Assembly (NCBI GenBank): GCA_023920165.1
Contig: CP089274.1
Location: forward strand, 1,302,001 to 1,366,000
Direction: 5' to 3'
Length of the DNA: 64,000 nt
From: Curvularia clavata
Taxonomy: Eukaryota
Shown here: positions 24,185 to 37,120 of the stretch, piece by piece
Layout of the letters: the number at the start of each line of letters is the position of its first letter
Position numbering within the stretch: the stretch's first letter is position 1
Position numbers and translations under genes: made by a program
Notes under the pieces: model-generated
What the model saw: only the letters and a program-made list of their open reading frames with translations
Told to the model about the DNA's origin: nothing
Databases searched by the model: none

Positions 24185-26036
24185 ATGGCGGAGTTAACCA
24201 GAATTGAGTCAATGCAATACCCTGCCGGACATTTGTCCCATCTTTCCGAAACCCAGCAGACGCAGCTTGTCGAGTTCAAGCGCATCTGCCACGAGGCCGG
24301 CTACTACACGCCCGAAGCCGGAGAAAAGCAAGCAAGCCATGATGATGAGACGATGCTGTGCGTGAAAAACTCTGGATCGCCCACAACATTAGTGGGGCGC
24401 TGACTTGGAACAGGCGCTTCTTGCGCGCGCGTCGATTTGTGCCCCAGGAAGCTTTCAAGCAGTTCAAAGACACGGAAGACTGGCGCAAGGAGAACAAATT
24501 GAGTGAGATTTTCAACACCATTGAAATCGAGGAATACGAGCAGACGCGTCGTTTGGTAGAGCCTCAGACCCTGCATGCGGTCAACCCAATCTAACAGCCT
24601 CATCTAGTACCCGCAATGGCTCGGCCGACGTGACAAGCGCGGCATTCCTCTCTTCCTCTTCGAGGTCGCGCCGCTCAACTCCAAGAACATCTCCGCATAC
24701 GAAAAGCAGCTTGCCAAATCAAAGACTATCATTCCCAATGTCGCAACCAAGAACCTCCGTCTCTTCGCTCTGTATGAGTCGCTCACAAGGTTCTACTCGC
24801 CATTGTGCTCCATGGTTCCCCGCGCATACCCCGAGACGCCGGTTTCGCAGAGCAACAACATTGTAGATATTAGCAATGTTGGATTGAAACAATTCTGGAA
24901 TCTGAAAGGACACATGCAAGACGCTTCAGTCTTAGCCACAGCGCATTACCCAGAGACGCTGGACAGAATATTTGTATGCCCACGAAAATCCACGCTACAG
25001 GCTCACAGCAAGACTGACATATCTCTAGATTGTTGGCGCGCCTAGCTTCTTCCCGACCGTCTGGGGCTGGGTCAAGCGTTGGTTTGATCCTATTACAGTA
25101 TCCAAAATCTTCATCCTCTCTCCACACAACGTCTACTCAACACTCTCCCAATATATCGACCACGACAACATCCCTAAGAAATACGGCGGCGGCCTCGACT
25201 TCGAGTGGGGCCAATTGCCCAACCTCGAACCGACAATTGAGGCGCAAATGAAGTGGGAGAAACCTAACATTCAAAACGGGCGCAAGACATTCCCGATTGG
25301 ACCACTGAAATGGGAACAAGGAAAAGATGGGGCTATGGAAGCTTGGGGGGTTGGAAATGAGAATGGCGTACCAAGACATGAACTCATCTTCACCATCCCT
25401 AACCCTGTTGGTTACAAGCAAGGAGATGTTATTCCACCAACACCTGCGGCGGAAGAAATCGGAGACCCCCTCACAACGACAGGCACCGCTACGCATCCTC
25501 CCGACAGTGAGGTTCCAGATACGGAGACACCACCTTCGGACCTAGACAGCCCGACCCCGGCCAGTGAGCCTGCCACGACAACCTTGCCTATTCGTTCTGG
25601 CACCTCTGAAGCCAAATTTGAGCAACAAAACCACACACACGCCTCAGGCCAGCTTGCAGAAGGTACTCCGGATGCCGCAGTCATCGATCACGGCAACGGG
25701 GACAAGAGCATAAGCGTCGAGCCCCAGACCATTGCTCAGGCACCAAAAGAGGTACCGCTCCCTGACCCACAAGAGCCTCCAGCCCCTAGCTATCTAGACC
25801 AAGCTAAATCTGTTGCTGCATCAGCCTCAGCCGTAGTCACGTCTACAGCTACAACCGCTGCCGGGGCCGTTGCTAGTATTGTCACGGGCAAAGAGCACGA
25901 GAAGCCCGAGGAACCGGTACGGGAAAAAAGCGCCGACGAGAAAGAGGTAGATCGTCAAATCGATGCCACCAGTGCAAAGGAAGTCGAGTCTTTTCTGAGA
26001 GACCAGACTGCGAGTCGTGCCCAGGTGCCTAGTTGA
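24185..26036 (+). CDS. Sec14/CRAL-TRIO lipid-binding protein with disordered C-terminal tail (4 exons)
   Basis: YPAGHLSHL, DDETML/RFLRARRF, RDKRGIP, HYPETLDRIF, WFDPITVSKI and IPKKYGG across three GT-AG introns. Confidence 0.9.
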
Positions 26037-26365
26037 TACAGATACAACAGTACATACACCAACCTACTAGATCTGCTGAATAGATTGGAGAGGAAAATAA
26101 AAGCAATGATACCACCACCTACTCTAGAATTCCCATCTTTTCCTTTCATGCCCGTACTTGATTTGTAAACTGGGCTTGGTATTACGAGCTATCGCTTATT
26201 ACCTAGGCACAACCTCACTCCGAGACATGCCTTCAGCGGAAGTAATCAAACAATCAATCACTCAGTCAGTCAACCGAACCAAAACAAAACGCTTCCTCGC
26301 AAACACTTTCCAACGCCAGTAAATGCAAAAGAAAATCATACAATGTCCTTTCCTTGCCCTCTACT

Positions 26366-29300
26366 TCAGTACGTCAACATCTTTTGGCCTCCAGTCTTGC
26401 CATCCATACCCTCTCCTGGCCTAGCAAAACTACACCACCTATCCTTGATCGAAACAACCTCGTACGTACCCTCCTCCTGCACTGGAATACTCATCGTCAT
26501 CTCGTGGCTGACTTCGGTGCGGATCTCCAGCACCTTACTCTTCCTACCCTTGTTCGCGTTTGTACTCCTGGTGTAGGTGAACTCAAAGGGCGGGGTGCCC
26601 CAGAATTGGAATTCCAGATCGGTGCCACCTCCCTCGTGGATATCGACTTCAGTCACTTGGCCACCAGAGAGTCGCACAGAAGGAATTGGGTGAATCGTCT
26701 TTGTAAGTTCCAGACTGGCCACGCACTCCGAAGCTGAGTCGCGGAGGCCGGTGATGGTGAAGGTTCCGGGGAGCTCGGCCAGACGGCGGAAAGTGGTGCC
26801 TGGGTTGGATGCCTTGCGCTCTTGCTTCTCGAAGGTGTAGTAAACTGTAAAGGGAGATTGGCCACCAAGGGCGAATGAGAGGCGCTCGCCAACGCAGAAA
26901 TCCTGGCGGTCTTCCAGAGGTGTGGCAGTTGGGGCGTCATGCACACTGATTTGGACGCGAGGGCCGCCTGGTGGGGGCTTGAGGGTACATCCACGCGAGT
27001 CGCGAACCTTGCGAATAGAGATAGAAGAGTGACCAAGATGCATCTTACGGTGCTCAATCTTGAGGTCGTACTTGTTTGTAGGGATATTCTTGTGGATGCT
27101 GATCTCTGGCTTCGGCGTGCCCTGGTGTTTAATTTCAACCTCGAGATAAAAGGGTGCAACACCTTCCAAGGTAATAGGGATAACCTCTTCTCCCTCTGAC
27201 TCCCGTGAGCAGTAACTATAGGTCTTTCCGGGCTTGTCGAAACGGGCGCTCGGTCGCGAGTGGACAGTTTGTTGGATAGTAACAGGAGAGAAATGCTTCT
27301 TCGAGTGGTCGTAACGAGAGTCGGCAAGCTTCAAGAAAGTGTACTCATAGGTACCGGCCTTAGAGGTTTCTGAGCGTATGGAAGCGAAACCACCCGCGGT
27401 ATGAAGATCCTTTTCACTGACAGAAGCTGTCTTGCCCTTCTTGTCCTTGTACTCCTGTCGGTAAGATATGTCGAACGGAGGGTTTCCTACAACATAGTTA
27501 GTGTCACGAAAAATGTTGTTAGATCAGGATGCTTACCAGTCAAAGAGACATCAAATGCATCCTCATCGCCTTCGCAGACGGCCTCTTTGATGTACTTGTT
27601 TCCATCAAGAACAGCGCTCTTTTCAGGAACGCTGAGTGAGGGCCGAGCCACCCAAGAAACATCGAACTGATCAGCAGTCTCATCAATCAGACCAGGACAG
27701 ATAGAGTCTCTGACTGCAAGCAGCTGATATGTGCCGTCAGTCTTGACATCGAGCCATGAGTTGGGGTTCTGGAAAGACTCCCTCTTGACTTCTTTTGTCT
27801 TGAGATTCTCATATTTGAGTGTCCAAGGGCCGTTTCCAGTAAAGCGAAGCGGCAGTCCAACTTGCCGGCTCTCCAGAGCCAGTACTGACTGTTTGCCTTC
27901 GATGTGTCCGAAGTAAGCCTTGGGTCGTTCGTGTCGTACGTTGACTCTAGCTTCCTCCTTGAGGACCTCTTTGCATTTGGCTTTGTCGGTAACACTTGTT
28001 AGTGCCACAACGTATTCTCCACCACTGCTAAGCTTGTCGGTTCGAATAGTGTAGTGCGCGTTTTCGGTTTCAATAGAATGCCTTTTACGTTTACCATTGT
28101 GAACGATTTCGTATTCCAATTTCCAGGGTGCCTCGCCGACGAAGCCAACATCAAACTCCACCACATCGTCGATACAAGCTTGTTTGGGTCTCCTGCTCTC
28201 AATGAAGTGTGCTTGAGCAGAGGGCTTCACATCTTGCTGAAGCCTAATGTTGTTAAGAGGCCTCTCCGAGTAGACAGAGTCGCTAATGGTCTTGAAAATG
28301 TACTCGTAGTGGCCGGCATCTTGTGGGGTGAGGTCGATCGTGCTACGGAGGCTGGCGATCTGCAATGGCTGTTTTCTAACCTCTCTTCCGTTGTCCTTCT
28401 TTTCATAGTAGGTAAGGGTGAAAGGCGGGCTTCCCACGAAATCGAGACCAACACGTAGACCAATTGGATTGCCGGCACACTTGTCAATGATATCTTCGCT
28501 GTCCAGAGTCATATCTGGCTCAGGCGGGTTCTGTAGCAGACACGAGGTAGGTTCAAAAACTTCGCCGTCGCAGAACTCGGATGAGACGGACTTGATAGTA
28601 TAAAGGCCTGCTGCTGAAATAGTAGGCTGCTCTCCCTTTCGCATGACTTGCTTTTGTAGTACCGCATCCGGACTATGGTAACCATCCGCAATGATCTTTT
28701 CCTGAGGCGTGAAAAGGTATTCGACTGTGTGCGCAGTGTCAATCGCATTTTTGCCCGTCGAGGCATAGTGGACCGGTAGGCGGGCGGCATTGCCCTTGGG
28801 CACGCGAAGAGGATTCTGTGGGCTGCATCCCTTGAGAAAGGCTGTAGGACGCTCGTGGACTTCAAACATTTGACGGATGCCTGCGACCTTGGGTTTTGGT
28901 CGATCTTCGTCATCGACATTCACGTAGCTGACGAAGTTGCCCAATCCATCTTGCACCTCTTCAATCTCGTACTCCCATGAACCGCTGTTTGTAAGAGTTT
29001 CGTTCAAGGGCACCGTAACCTTTTGTGAGCGTGCCCAAGAGATATCTTCGCGCCCATTCTTAACTAACGCTTGTGAGGTGTGCCTAGACAGAGGAGAAAT
29101 GAACTCCTCTGGCTGTAAATTCTGAAACTGAGATCCACCTCGGGGCTTTCCATTTACCGTCAGACGATATTTGACGTTCAATGGCGGCGTGCCTTCGACT
29201 TCCAGCATAACGTTGGATAGATCGCTCCGGCATCGATTGTTCCCAGTGGGTTTGACTCGAGCTTGCGGGCAGGTAGTTACCACAGCGTTGGTTGAGCGCG

Positions 29301-30207
29301 GGCGCACCTGAAGTTTTGACTGATCCGTAACCTTCTTCAAAAGATATACACCTGGCTTCTTGACAGTGTAGGTCAACGTCAATGGATCGTCGGGGTTGGA
29401 GGTCTTGACCGCCTTCCTTGCCTTCTTCAGCATTCCTTTCAGCTCGCTCTTCTTGACTATTATGGTTTCATTGACGTTGGTGTCGATATCGATGCGTAGT
29501 AATTCCATTTCGTGGGGCTCCGTCTGGTTGATCCTGATAGGGATCTCGAGCTGGGAGATGGTCGAGCTGAGACAGAAAGACTGTCTTTCCGGATTCAGGA
29601 TGGCGGATCCTTCGGGCAAGATGTTGACAATCTGCTTTCCAAGAATCAAGGAGGCATTGTGTAGAATTGCGCCTGGCTTAACGCTCCGCTCGCTGATAGC
29701 CAGCTCGCTGTCCCACAGGAAGCCAATCAAGCCCATGAACCAAGCCTGCACGGGTATGCCAATTCTAAACATGAGCATGACATCGATGCCGGCATGGAGT
29801 ACGAAGAGGAGAAACGCGGCACCATTGCCCCATTCTAGCCAAGGAATCTCAAGTAACGGCACACCGAACATGAACAGCACGTCAAAGAAACACCATTTCA
29901 GACATAGCCATAACGACTCGTCATCCTCGAGTGCGAGCGTGTAGAAGTCGTATGTGCGGTATGCCCATAGAGCAACATAGAGAGCGAAGACGTAGAAGCG
30001 CTGTTGAGCAGGATCGAGGATGTCCGACGGTATGAGGGGCCCTGAGCTCGGTTGCGGAGGGGCTTTAGGGAGGTCGGGAAGCGGAGATCGAATGTTCGGC
30101 CGCGGTGAAGATCCATCTGGACTTTGCAGGCCGGGAGACCTGTTCGCGTTGTTGTGTGGTGTTGATGGGAAGCCGCCCACGCCTCGCCGGACCTGCGGTG
30201 TATTCAT
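26366..30207 (-). CDS. POM152: Nuclear pore membrane protein Pom152 (2 exons)
   Basis: PLIP..ILDPAQQR, TM segments, ILGKQIVNILPEGSA and repeated Ig-like units (G.PPF...Y); intron about 27489-27536; start could also be 30252. Confidence 0.92.
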
Positions 30208-30718
30208 CGCACCAGAAGTTGAGCCTTCACCTATGTCGTGTTCATGGGTCAAGAGATGCGACGGCGTGCGATGGAATCAGTCTGTACGCTTTGCGGAGTT
30301 GGGTGCTTTTCGATGGTTCCTCTCCTTAGGCGACGTGAAACTGTCAAACAAAACATTTACTGACAACGCGACAGGCGGCGCGACAAGGATGATGCGGGCT
30401 GCTGCGCACAGCTGGCCAATGAGCGCGATGGAACGCCGAGCTCTTGGTCACGTGTCGATAGAGCAACAATAGCATTACCTGCTTGCCTATACAATATCGA
30501 TTTACCCTCGCTTACATTACTGGCTTCCTATTGTGAGAATACCACAACTTTACAAAGCAAAACAGGGTATCGCATGGGCTACATATCCCGCCAACATGCT
30601 CGTCTGTTTCCCCTTTCTCTACAAACTCCTACAATCCACATATACACGCGAATCGTTTCAAACTCAACCCAACATACCATAAGCCCTTTTTCTGTTTACT
30701 AGGTTCCGACTGTTTGTC

Positions 30719-32326
30719 ATGGCGCAGGCGCAGTACCAACAATCGGAGACTGGCGTTGAGGCCTTGGAAACCCCCAAACAAAATGACCCAGAGCGACCTA
30801 TGTTCAGTAATGGGCCAGACTTAGCAGACATTGCTGGTTCAGATGCCACCAAAGAGGAAACGGCCATGTCAGTACCTGGGGTTTGCGCCGACTCAGAACC
30901 TTCGGCCACGCCTTCCGAAGCAGCTTCGCCAAACAACAGAAAGCGAGGTCTGCCCGAGCCGTCTCCAGACACTAAGCCGAGTGTGAAGAGGTCCAAAGGC
31001 TCGCCTTCACCCGCGCCACTGGAGAGTAACGTCAAATCTCGACCAGCCTTCCCCAGCCCTCCAGGTATGCCGGCAACCAGGTTAGACAAAGAAACCTGGC
31101 AAGGCTTTTGCGAAATCGAGAGCGAGCCCGCATGTTTCTCTGTCATCCTCCGCGAAATGGGCGTGCAAGGCGTGACTGTCCGAGAAGTCTTCAGCATGGA
31201 TCAGGACTTCATCCGCGAGAACATTCCCCAGCCAATCTACGGCTTCATCTTGTTGTTCCACTACCGCCAATTTGGTAATCAAGGCCAAGAAAACGAGAAT
31301 TCCAACAAAGTGTGGATGGCCAACCAACTACCAGCTCAGAATAGTTGCGCAACGCTCGCCATGATAAATGTGCTCATGAATCAGAGCACAGATGTCAGTA
31401 TCGGCGAGCATCTGCAGCAGTTCAAGGACTTTACCAAGGACTTCACACCGTACCAACGTGGTGAGGCATTTTCCAGTTTTCAATTTGTTAAGAGAATCCA
31501 CAATTCTTTTGCCAAAAAGATGGATATCCTGGAAGGCGACAAGCACCTCAGCCACAAAGTCAAGCGTGCCAAACGTGCCAAAGCACAGCTGATTGAGAAC
31601 ATCAAGCCCAAGACCAAGAAGAAAGGCACAAAGCCACGCCGTATCTCTGTCGACTCGGCAGCCACAGACGATAGCCAAGAGAGTGTTGAGAACAACGCCC
31701 ATCACTATATTGCTTTTATTCCTGTTGGCAATGAGGTATGGAAGCTGGATGGCCTGGACAAGTATCCGACGCGTGTGGGTTCTTTCGATCAAGAACGTGG
31801 AGAGACGTGGTTGGAATCAGTGTCTGAGACAATCACTGCGCTCATGGCAGTGGGCGACGATGACTACGGAGTGATCGCACTGACTCAATCTCCTCTTGTC
31901 TCTCTACGCAAGCGCATCAGTCTCACAATCAACACAACAGTCTATGCCGAATCACGCCTTGATAATCTCTCAGCGTCTTGGAGAGACCTTGTCGATTCAG
32001 GCGAGCAGCTGCCAAGTCCTCGCATGCTCGGTGTTGAGGAACAACTCACCGTCACACCCCTGTCAGATGCACTTAAGGAGGCAATTGACAAGGAAGGCAC
32101 AGAAGAACTTCTTTCTCGGCGACAGTTGCTGATTATTCAAGCCAGCTACGAAGGTGCGCAAATCATGACGGAGATGCAGAGCGAGGCGGATGAAGACGAA
32201 AAGGCTACACAGCGGCGTTATGACTCTGGTCCCGTTATCAAAAAATGGCTTGAGATGTTAGCCGAGAACGGCTTTCTGGAAGAGAATCTCGAGCGCTTTA
32301 TGCCTTGCAAGGCTAAGAGGAAGTAG
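30719..32326 (+). CDS. Ubiquitin C-terminal hydrolase (peptidase C12; UCH37/BAP1-like), single exon
   Basis: EIESEP, NQLPAQNSCAT (Q and catalytic C), HHYIAF, KLDGL; ULD-like tail RRYDSGPVIKKWLEMLAENG. Confidence 0.9.
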   Translation: MAQAQYQQSETGVEALETPKQNDPERPMFSNGPDLADIAGSDATKEETAMSVPGVCADSEPSATPSEAASPNNRKRGLPEPSPDTKPSVKRSKGSPSPAPLESNVKSRPAFPSPPGMPATRLDKETWQGFCEIESEPACFSVILREMGVQGVTVREVFSMDQDFIRENIPQPIYGFILLFHYRQFGNQGQENENSNKVWMANQLPAQNSCATLAMINVLMNQSTDVSIGEHLQQFKDFTKDFTPYQRGEAFSSFQFVKRIHNSFAKKMDILEGDKHLSHKVKRAKRAKAQLIENIKPKTKKKGTKPRRISVDSAATDDSQESVENNAHHYIAFIPVGNEVWKLDGLDKYPTRVGSFDQERGETWLESVSETITALMAVGDDDYGVIALTQSPLVSLRKRISLTINTTVYAESRLDNLSASWRDLVDSGEQLPSPRMLGVEEQLTVTPLSDALKEAIDKEGTEELLSRRQLLIIQASYEGAQIMTEMQSEADEDEKATQRRYDSGPVIKKWLEMLAENGFLEENLERFMPCKAKRK

Positions 32327-33060
32327 GATCCTAGTTAGATACCTGTATGGAGCTGTACTACATCAGTATCTTTCATAAACTTCATGAGCTGATCGAACTA
32401 TGCTCTCAACTTTATCGAAACACTTATATGTATATCACGACATCACTACATAGATATAAATAATCATTAACTCAACCGCCCGTGTTCCGTATATGAGATT
32501 AGTGTAGAGTGAGGTGTGTGATGTCGGTAAAGAGTTTTCGCAATGTCGCTGTTTTCGCCGAATCAGCAAGAGATGAGAGAAGAAATTATTGGCGCTGATA
32601 TGTGTTGCTAGGGTATCGATATATTCCATACTTGGCTGTGTACATCTTCTCATCACCAGTTTCTTCTACCGAAACAATCCACGGGGACACTTGTATCTGA
32701 CATATATGTGGAGACTACTAAGCAAGCTGGGTGAGTAGGTTGCCTGTTTTGAAATGTCGATAAGCGAGATAAGACTGTGCATGAGTGACCATCTGGTCCG
32801 CGGGTGTGATTCAAGGTTCATCGATGAACCATAATGGTAAGCTTCTAAATGCGGGGTCCGTATCTCGATGCAGCATCTCAACGTAAGCTTACATTGCCTA
32901 TACTAAAAGCTACTAACAAACGCACGTGACGTCATGGATACATCCACACAACTACGCAGACTTCATGGGCTAATCTATTGCAATTAAATTCTCAATTACT
33001 GGTGCCAGATGACACACAGCTTGACCTTTTGCAAATCTCCATAGCTTCAATCCACGAAAA

Positions 33061-34170
33061 ATGGCAGAGAAATCACCAAACCTGACATGGCACCCCATAC
33101 CCCACTCGCCAGCAACATGCAACGTCCACCTTATCCAAGCTGGTGGCCTCTACATTCCCTACGATCTAGTCATACTTCCGGATTCGACTGAGCCTCAAGA
33201 CCCCTCAGAATCTGAATCATCAAAAGAAGACCGGAAAACATACTACGCCCCAAACTATGTCTTCCTCATTGAGCACACTGCGACTGGGACAAAGTACATG
33301 TTTGATCTCGGCATACGGGTTGATCTCGAAAATCTCCCCCCCTTGATCCAGGAAACCGTACTACCCATCTTCAAATGCGAGCCCAAGTCCCCAGAAGCCA
33401 TCCTCCGAGAACACGGCTCACCCGACCAGCAGCCTGAAAACATCAAGGCTATTATCTTTTCGCATATGCATTTTGATCATATGGGCGATGGTGGAAAGGG
33501 AGGGTTTGAAGGCGCAGAATTGTGGGTTGGACCTACATGCTGCACATATGCTCGACAGGGTTATCCAGCCGATGAGAAGGCACCGACGCTCAGTGAAACA
33601 CTGCCCGTGGATGGAAGCAGGAAGATTGTAGAAAGCTACATCCCTGATGACTTACTCCAAGACGCTGGAGATAAGAGAGCAGGGAAGGTTATGGAGGATT
33701 TAAGTAAAGGAAAGTACGCTGCTGTTGATTTGAAGATGGCCGACTGGATACGCCTTGGGGCATTTGAACGGGCATACGACGTGTTTGGCGATGGATCAGC
33801 GTACCTCATCGATGCATCCGGACATTCGCCAGGGCATCAGATGATGCTTGTGCGGACTACATCTGGCTCTGATGATAAGGAGAGCTCATTTGTGCTCTTG
33901 GGCGGCGACTGCTTTCACCATGTGGATATCCTCAAGGACCCCAGCCGTACCGCTCGTCCTCCCTATGTGAAGCTGTGCATGCACAGCGATCCAGAACAGG
34001 CAGTTGACACCATGTTCCGGACCAGAGAATTCGCACGAAAGGATTACGTATGGGTGGTTGGCGCACACGATGCAACGGTAGGCGAAAGCATCAAGCCCGG
34101 TGTCAAAGAGATTGAAGGCCTTGTCGAGATAACCGCGTGGTTAGACAAGGGCTGGAAGAAGGCAATCTGA
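33061..34170 (+). CDS. Metallo-beta-lactamase-fold hydrolase (lactonase-like), intronless
   Basis: MFDLG, SHMHFDHMG (HxHxDH), DVFGDGS, GHSPGH, GGDCFH, GAHD. Confidence 0.9.
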   Translation: MAEKSPNLTWHPIPHSPATCNVHLIQAGGLYIPYDLVILPDSTEPQDPSESESSKEDRKTYYAPNYVFLIEHTATGTKYMFDLGIRVDLENLPPLIQETVLPIFKCEPKSPEAILREHGSPDQQPENIKAIIFSHMHFDHMGDGGKGGFEGAELWVGPTCCTYARQGYPADEKAPTLSETLPVDGSRKIVESYIPDDLLQDAGDKRAGKVMEDLSKGKYAAVDLKMADWIRLGAFERAYDVFGDGSAYLIDASGHSPGHQMMLVRTTSGSDDKESSFVLLGGDCFHHVDILKDPSRTARPPYVKLCMHSDPEQAVDTMFRTREFARKDYVWVVGAHDATVGESIKPGVKEIEGLVEITAWLDKGWKKAI

Positions 34171-34340
34171 GCCGACCATCTCAGGCCACGCAATACAGTA
34201 GCTCGAGCGAGCCCAATCGAAACATCAATGTACATACATACTGCCACTATCTCAATTAGTAACCTGCAAGCTATACGCGGCGTTCCATACAAGCAGCCCC
34301 CTGCAGATAAACCGATATGATATCAGAACCCCAAACCGCA

Positions 34341-34775
34341 ATGACATACGCTCGATATCCCTACAATCTAGCCCTCCCCCTTCCCATTTCACACCCAATC
34401 CCCACCCCAAGCCCTTGGCTCCCGAGACACAAAAGGCTTGACCATGGTTTCCCACGTCACACCGTCCGCTCGTGCGCCCACCCACATGCCACGCTGCACC
34501 GCGATAGGAGAAACACAGCAGAAACGCGAGTTCGTTACGGACGCGAGCCAGGCAAACTTTCCCCACTAAACAGAGGCCCGCTGGATTGCGTGTTCGGGGA
34601 GAATGGTAAGGAGGAGATAGCGAGGGAGGGAGGAAGGAGTGCGGCGAAAGAGGTTTCGAAGGGCTTGGCGTGGCGTAAATGCATGAATGGGTGTGGCGTG
34701 ATGATTTGGCAGGGAGAGTCGGAACGGATGAATCGGGATTTAGGTGGTTGTCGCAAAGGGGAAGGTTGGAATTAG
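34341..34775 (+). CDS. Hypothetical small orphan protein (about 144 aa)
   Basis: ATG in ACCGCAATG context; open frame with C-rich 5' and G-rich 3' halves; no recognisable domain. Confidence 0.35.
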   Translation: MTYARYPYNLALPLPISHPIPTPSPWLPRHKRLDHGFPRHTVRSCAHPHATLHRDRRNTAETRVRYGREPGKLSPLNRGPLDCVFGENGKEEIAREGGRSAAKEVSKGLAWRKCMNGCGVMIWQGESERMNRDLGGCRKGEGWN

Positions 34776-35221
34776 TATGGAAGGTGGTGAAGGGGAGGAG
34801 GGCAATGTACAAGAGTCTTGTTTTTGCTTGGCTGAGATCGTGGGATTGCAGGAGATTACAGTCGAACGCGTCGAGAAGATGGCTTTTTTGCATATAATTT
34901 CTCTATTATTATGACTTTTTTTTAATCGATAGGATATGAGCTTTTTGGAGGTTGTGATAGTGAGATCATTAGGGCATTTGTCGTTTGTTGCAGCTGACTT
35001 GCAGCTCTGGGAATTACATGAATGAAATGAAGAACTGTAAAAAAACGGCAATAAAACAAAAAAGATGCCAGACAAGCGAATTATATATACAACGAGATAA
35101 TAATACGGTTGCAAAGAATTCGCTTCCAAAAGTTACGCACAAAATGGTATATTCGCCTCTGCCTTGTTTCCTCCTTGTTGAACAAGCTCCCACCTTTTTT
35201 ACTCTCCCCCGTGCTATGCCA

Positions 35222-37120
35222 CTAGAAGTTCTCCTTGCCCCATACGAAACTGAAGCCAGGCTCCGAGTACATGTTGCACTTGATGTGGAGGGTGGATCCA
35301 AGACCCTTGGGACCACAGAAGAAGACACCTGCCTCGGCGGGCGCGTGGATCTTGCGGATTGACTTGAAAATCATGTCCCAGTTTGGACGACCAAAGTTGG
35401 TAGGGGCGCGAAGACCGGTAATGGCATCTTGTTCGGCATTGGCATCGTTGATCATGATGTTTGTCGCGTCGTCTGCTTTAATCTTTGCGGTGAGGTACTG
35501 AAGGATGGTTAGTGACTAATGAACAACGTTTAGGTGTGATAATGAACTTACGGTGTGGATCTCAATGTGGTCATCGATATCCTGTGCCTCAATAGCCAAG
35601 AGCAATGATCGGAACCACTCAAAAGAGCCGAAGTCTCTGCAAATCCAGAAGAAATAGACCTTCCTTAGGCGAGTGCGGGATCCCTGGGGATAGTTCATAC
35701 GGTACCAAATACTCTTGAGGATGGAGGCGAAAGGCGTGACACCGATACCGGCACCGCAAAGGACTGCAACTTCGAACTTGAACACGTCCTCGGAGGCGGA
35801 ACCAAAAGGTCCATCAATATAGACACGAGGAAGAATCTGGCGTAGAGCAATCTCCTCGCTAGATCCGCCCTTCTCGCCCTTCTCACCACCAGCCTTCTTC
35901 TCCGTGCTGCAGCCAAGGGCCTGTCCAAAGGCTTTAGTGAAGTCACCGACCATACGAATGTGAACAGAGATGTAGTCCTCCTCGGGTGCACTAGTAAGGG
36001 TAAAGGGGTGGTATTGCCAGATGGAGATTTCAGGGCAGCACAAGAAGATGTACTAGATTTGTTAGTAGAGAATAATACGGAAAAACCGGATGTTACGTAC
36101 TTGTCCAGCACGGGTCGTGGTGTGCTCTTTCTTGATCTGGACCTCACAAACGTTGCTAGGGTGCTGAATGACCTTGGAGATATACGTCTTGTGTCGTCCT
36201 CTGACCTCACGCGCGATACGCTCAGCAAGGTATGCGAACCCACCATACATCCAGTACTCCCAAAAGACACCGATACCGTCGCAAAAGGGCGCAAAGTCTG
36301 GAGTGATCATGCAGAAAGCACCGTGGATTGACCAGAAGAGGAAGAAGACGATGAAGAGGTGGTGCATATACCAGAAACGTTCAAAGTTTGCACGACGAGC
36401 CTTCTCCGCTGCCGTGAGCGCGATGGCCATCAGACAGAGCAACATAACGTAACCACTCCAACCGGGACCCGTCGCAAGGTTAGCCAGGATGAAACCCATG
36501 AATCCAAGCTGGTTGCCTGCCGAGAACCTGGCGAGATTGTTCCAATGGGCGATGGTGTGGACCCAGGAGAAGAAGACAATGGCCCAAGCCACGAGCTTGT
36601 GGAAGGTGATGTTCTTGTCGAAAGGAATTACGTCGTTTAGAGGCGTACGACGAGCCATGGAAATTAGGTTCCTGCATACTGGGAAGAGGATAAAAGCAAC
36701 GTCAACGTGGAGTACCAGGGCTGCTGAACGGGCGATGGGGTAGGTTATGCCGAATCTTTGTCTTGCACCAATGACATTGTCCTAGACTTTGTGAGCAGGG
36801 TGCGCACGCCTACCTGGCGACTGTGGGAGCGTACCTTGATGCCATAATTCATCATACCAAAGACGAAGACGAAGACGTGAAGAATGGCAAAAGTGAAGAC
36901 GAAGCTGTTGAGCATTAGCAACGTTCTTGAAAGGACCACAAGCATCTTGCGCGCGCACTCACAATCGTCGGTAACCCTCGTTGACCATCCACACGTCGAA
37001 CTTCTCTTTTCGCGTCAACTCTCGACCTTTTTCCTCGGACATCTCGCCCGACATGAGCATGCGCGTAAGCGGTGGCCATCTCGACCGCTCGCGACCCGTA
37101 AGACTGCTAGTGAAAGACAT
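35222..37120 (-). CDS. noxB: NADPH oxidase NoxB/Nox2 (5 exons)
   Basis: N-terminal extension RERSRWPPLTRMLMSGEM that I recognise as NoxB-type; heme His pairs (FHKL, HTIAH, MHHLF, IHG); FAD motif HPFTLTSAP; DGPFG; GAGIGVTPF; C-terminal KENF. Confidence 0.92.

Noticed and set aside
34424..34570. RNase P/MRP-like CR-I and CR-V motifs
   Set aside because: The candidate motifs lie on opposite strands and no P4 pairing is evident.
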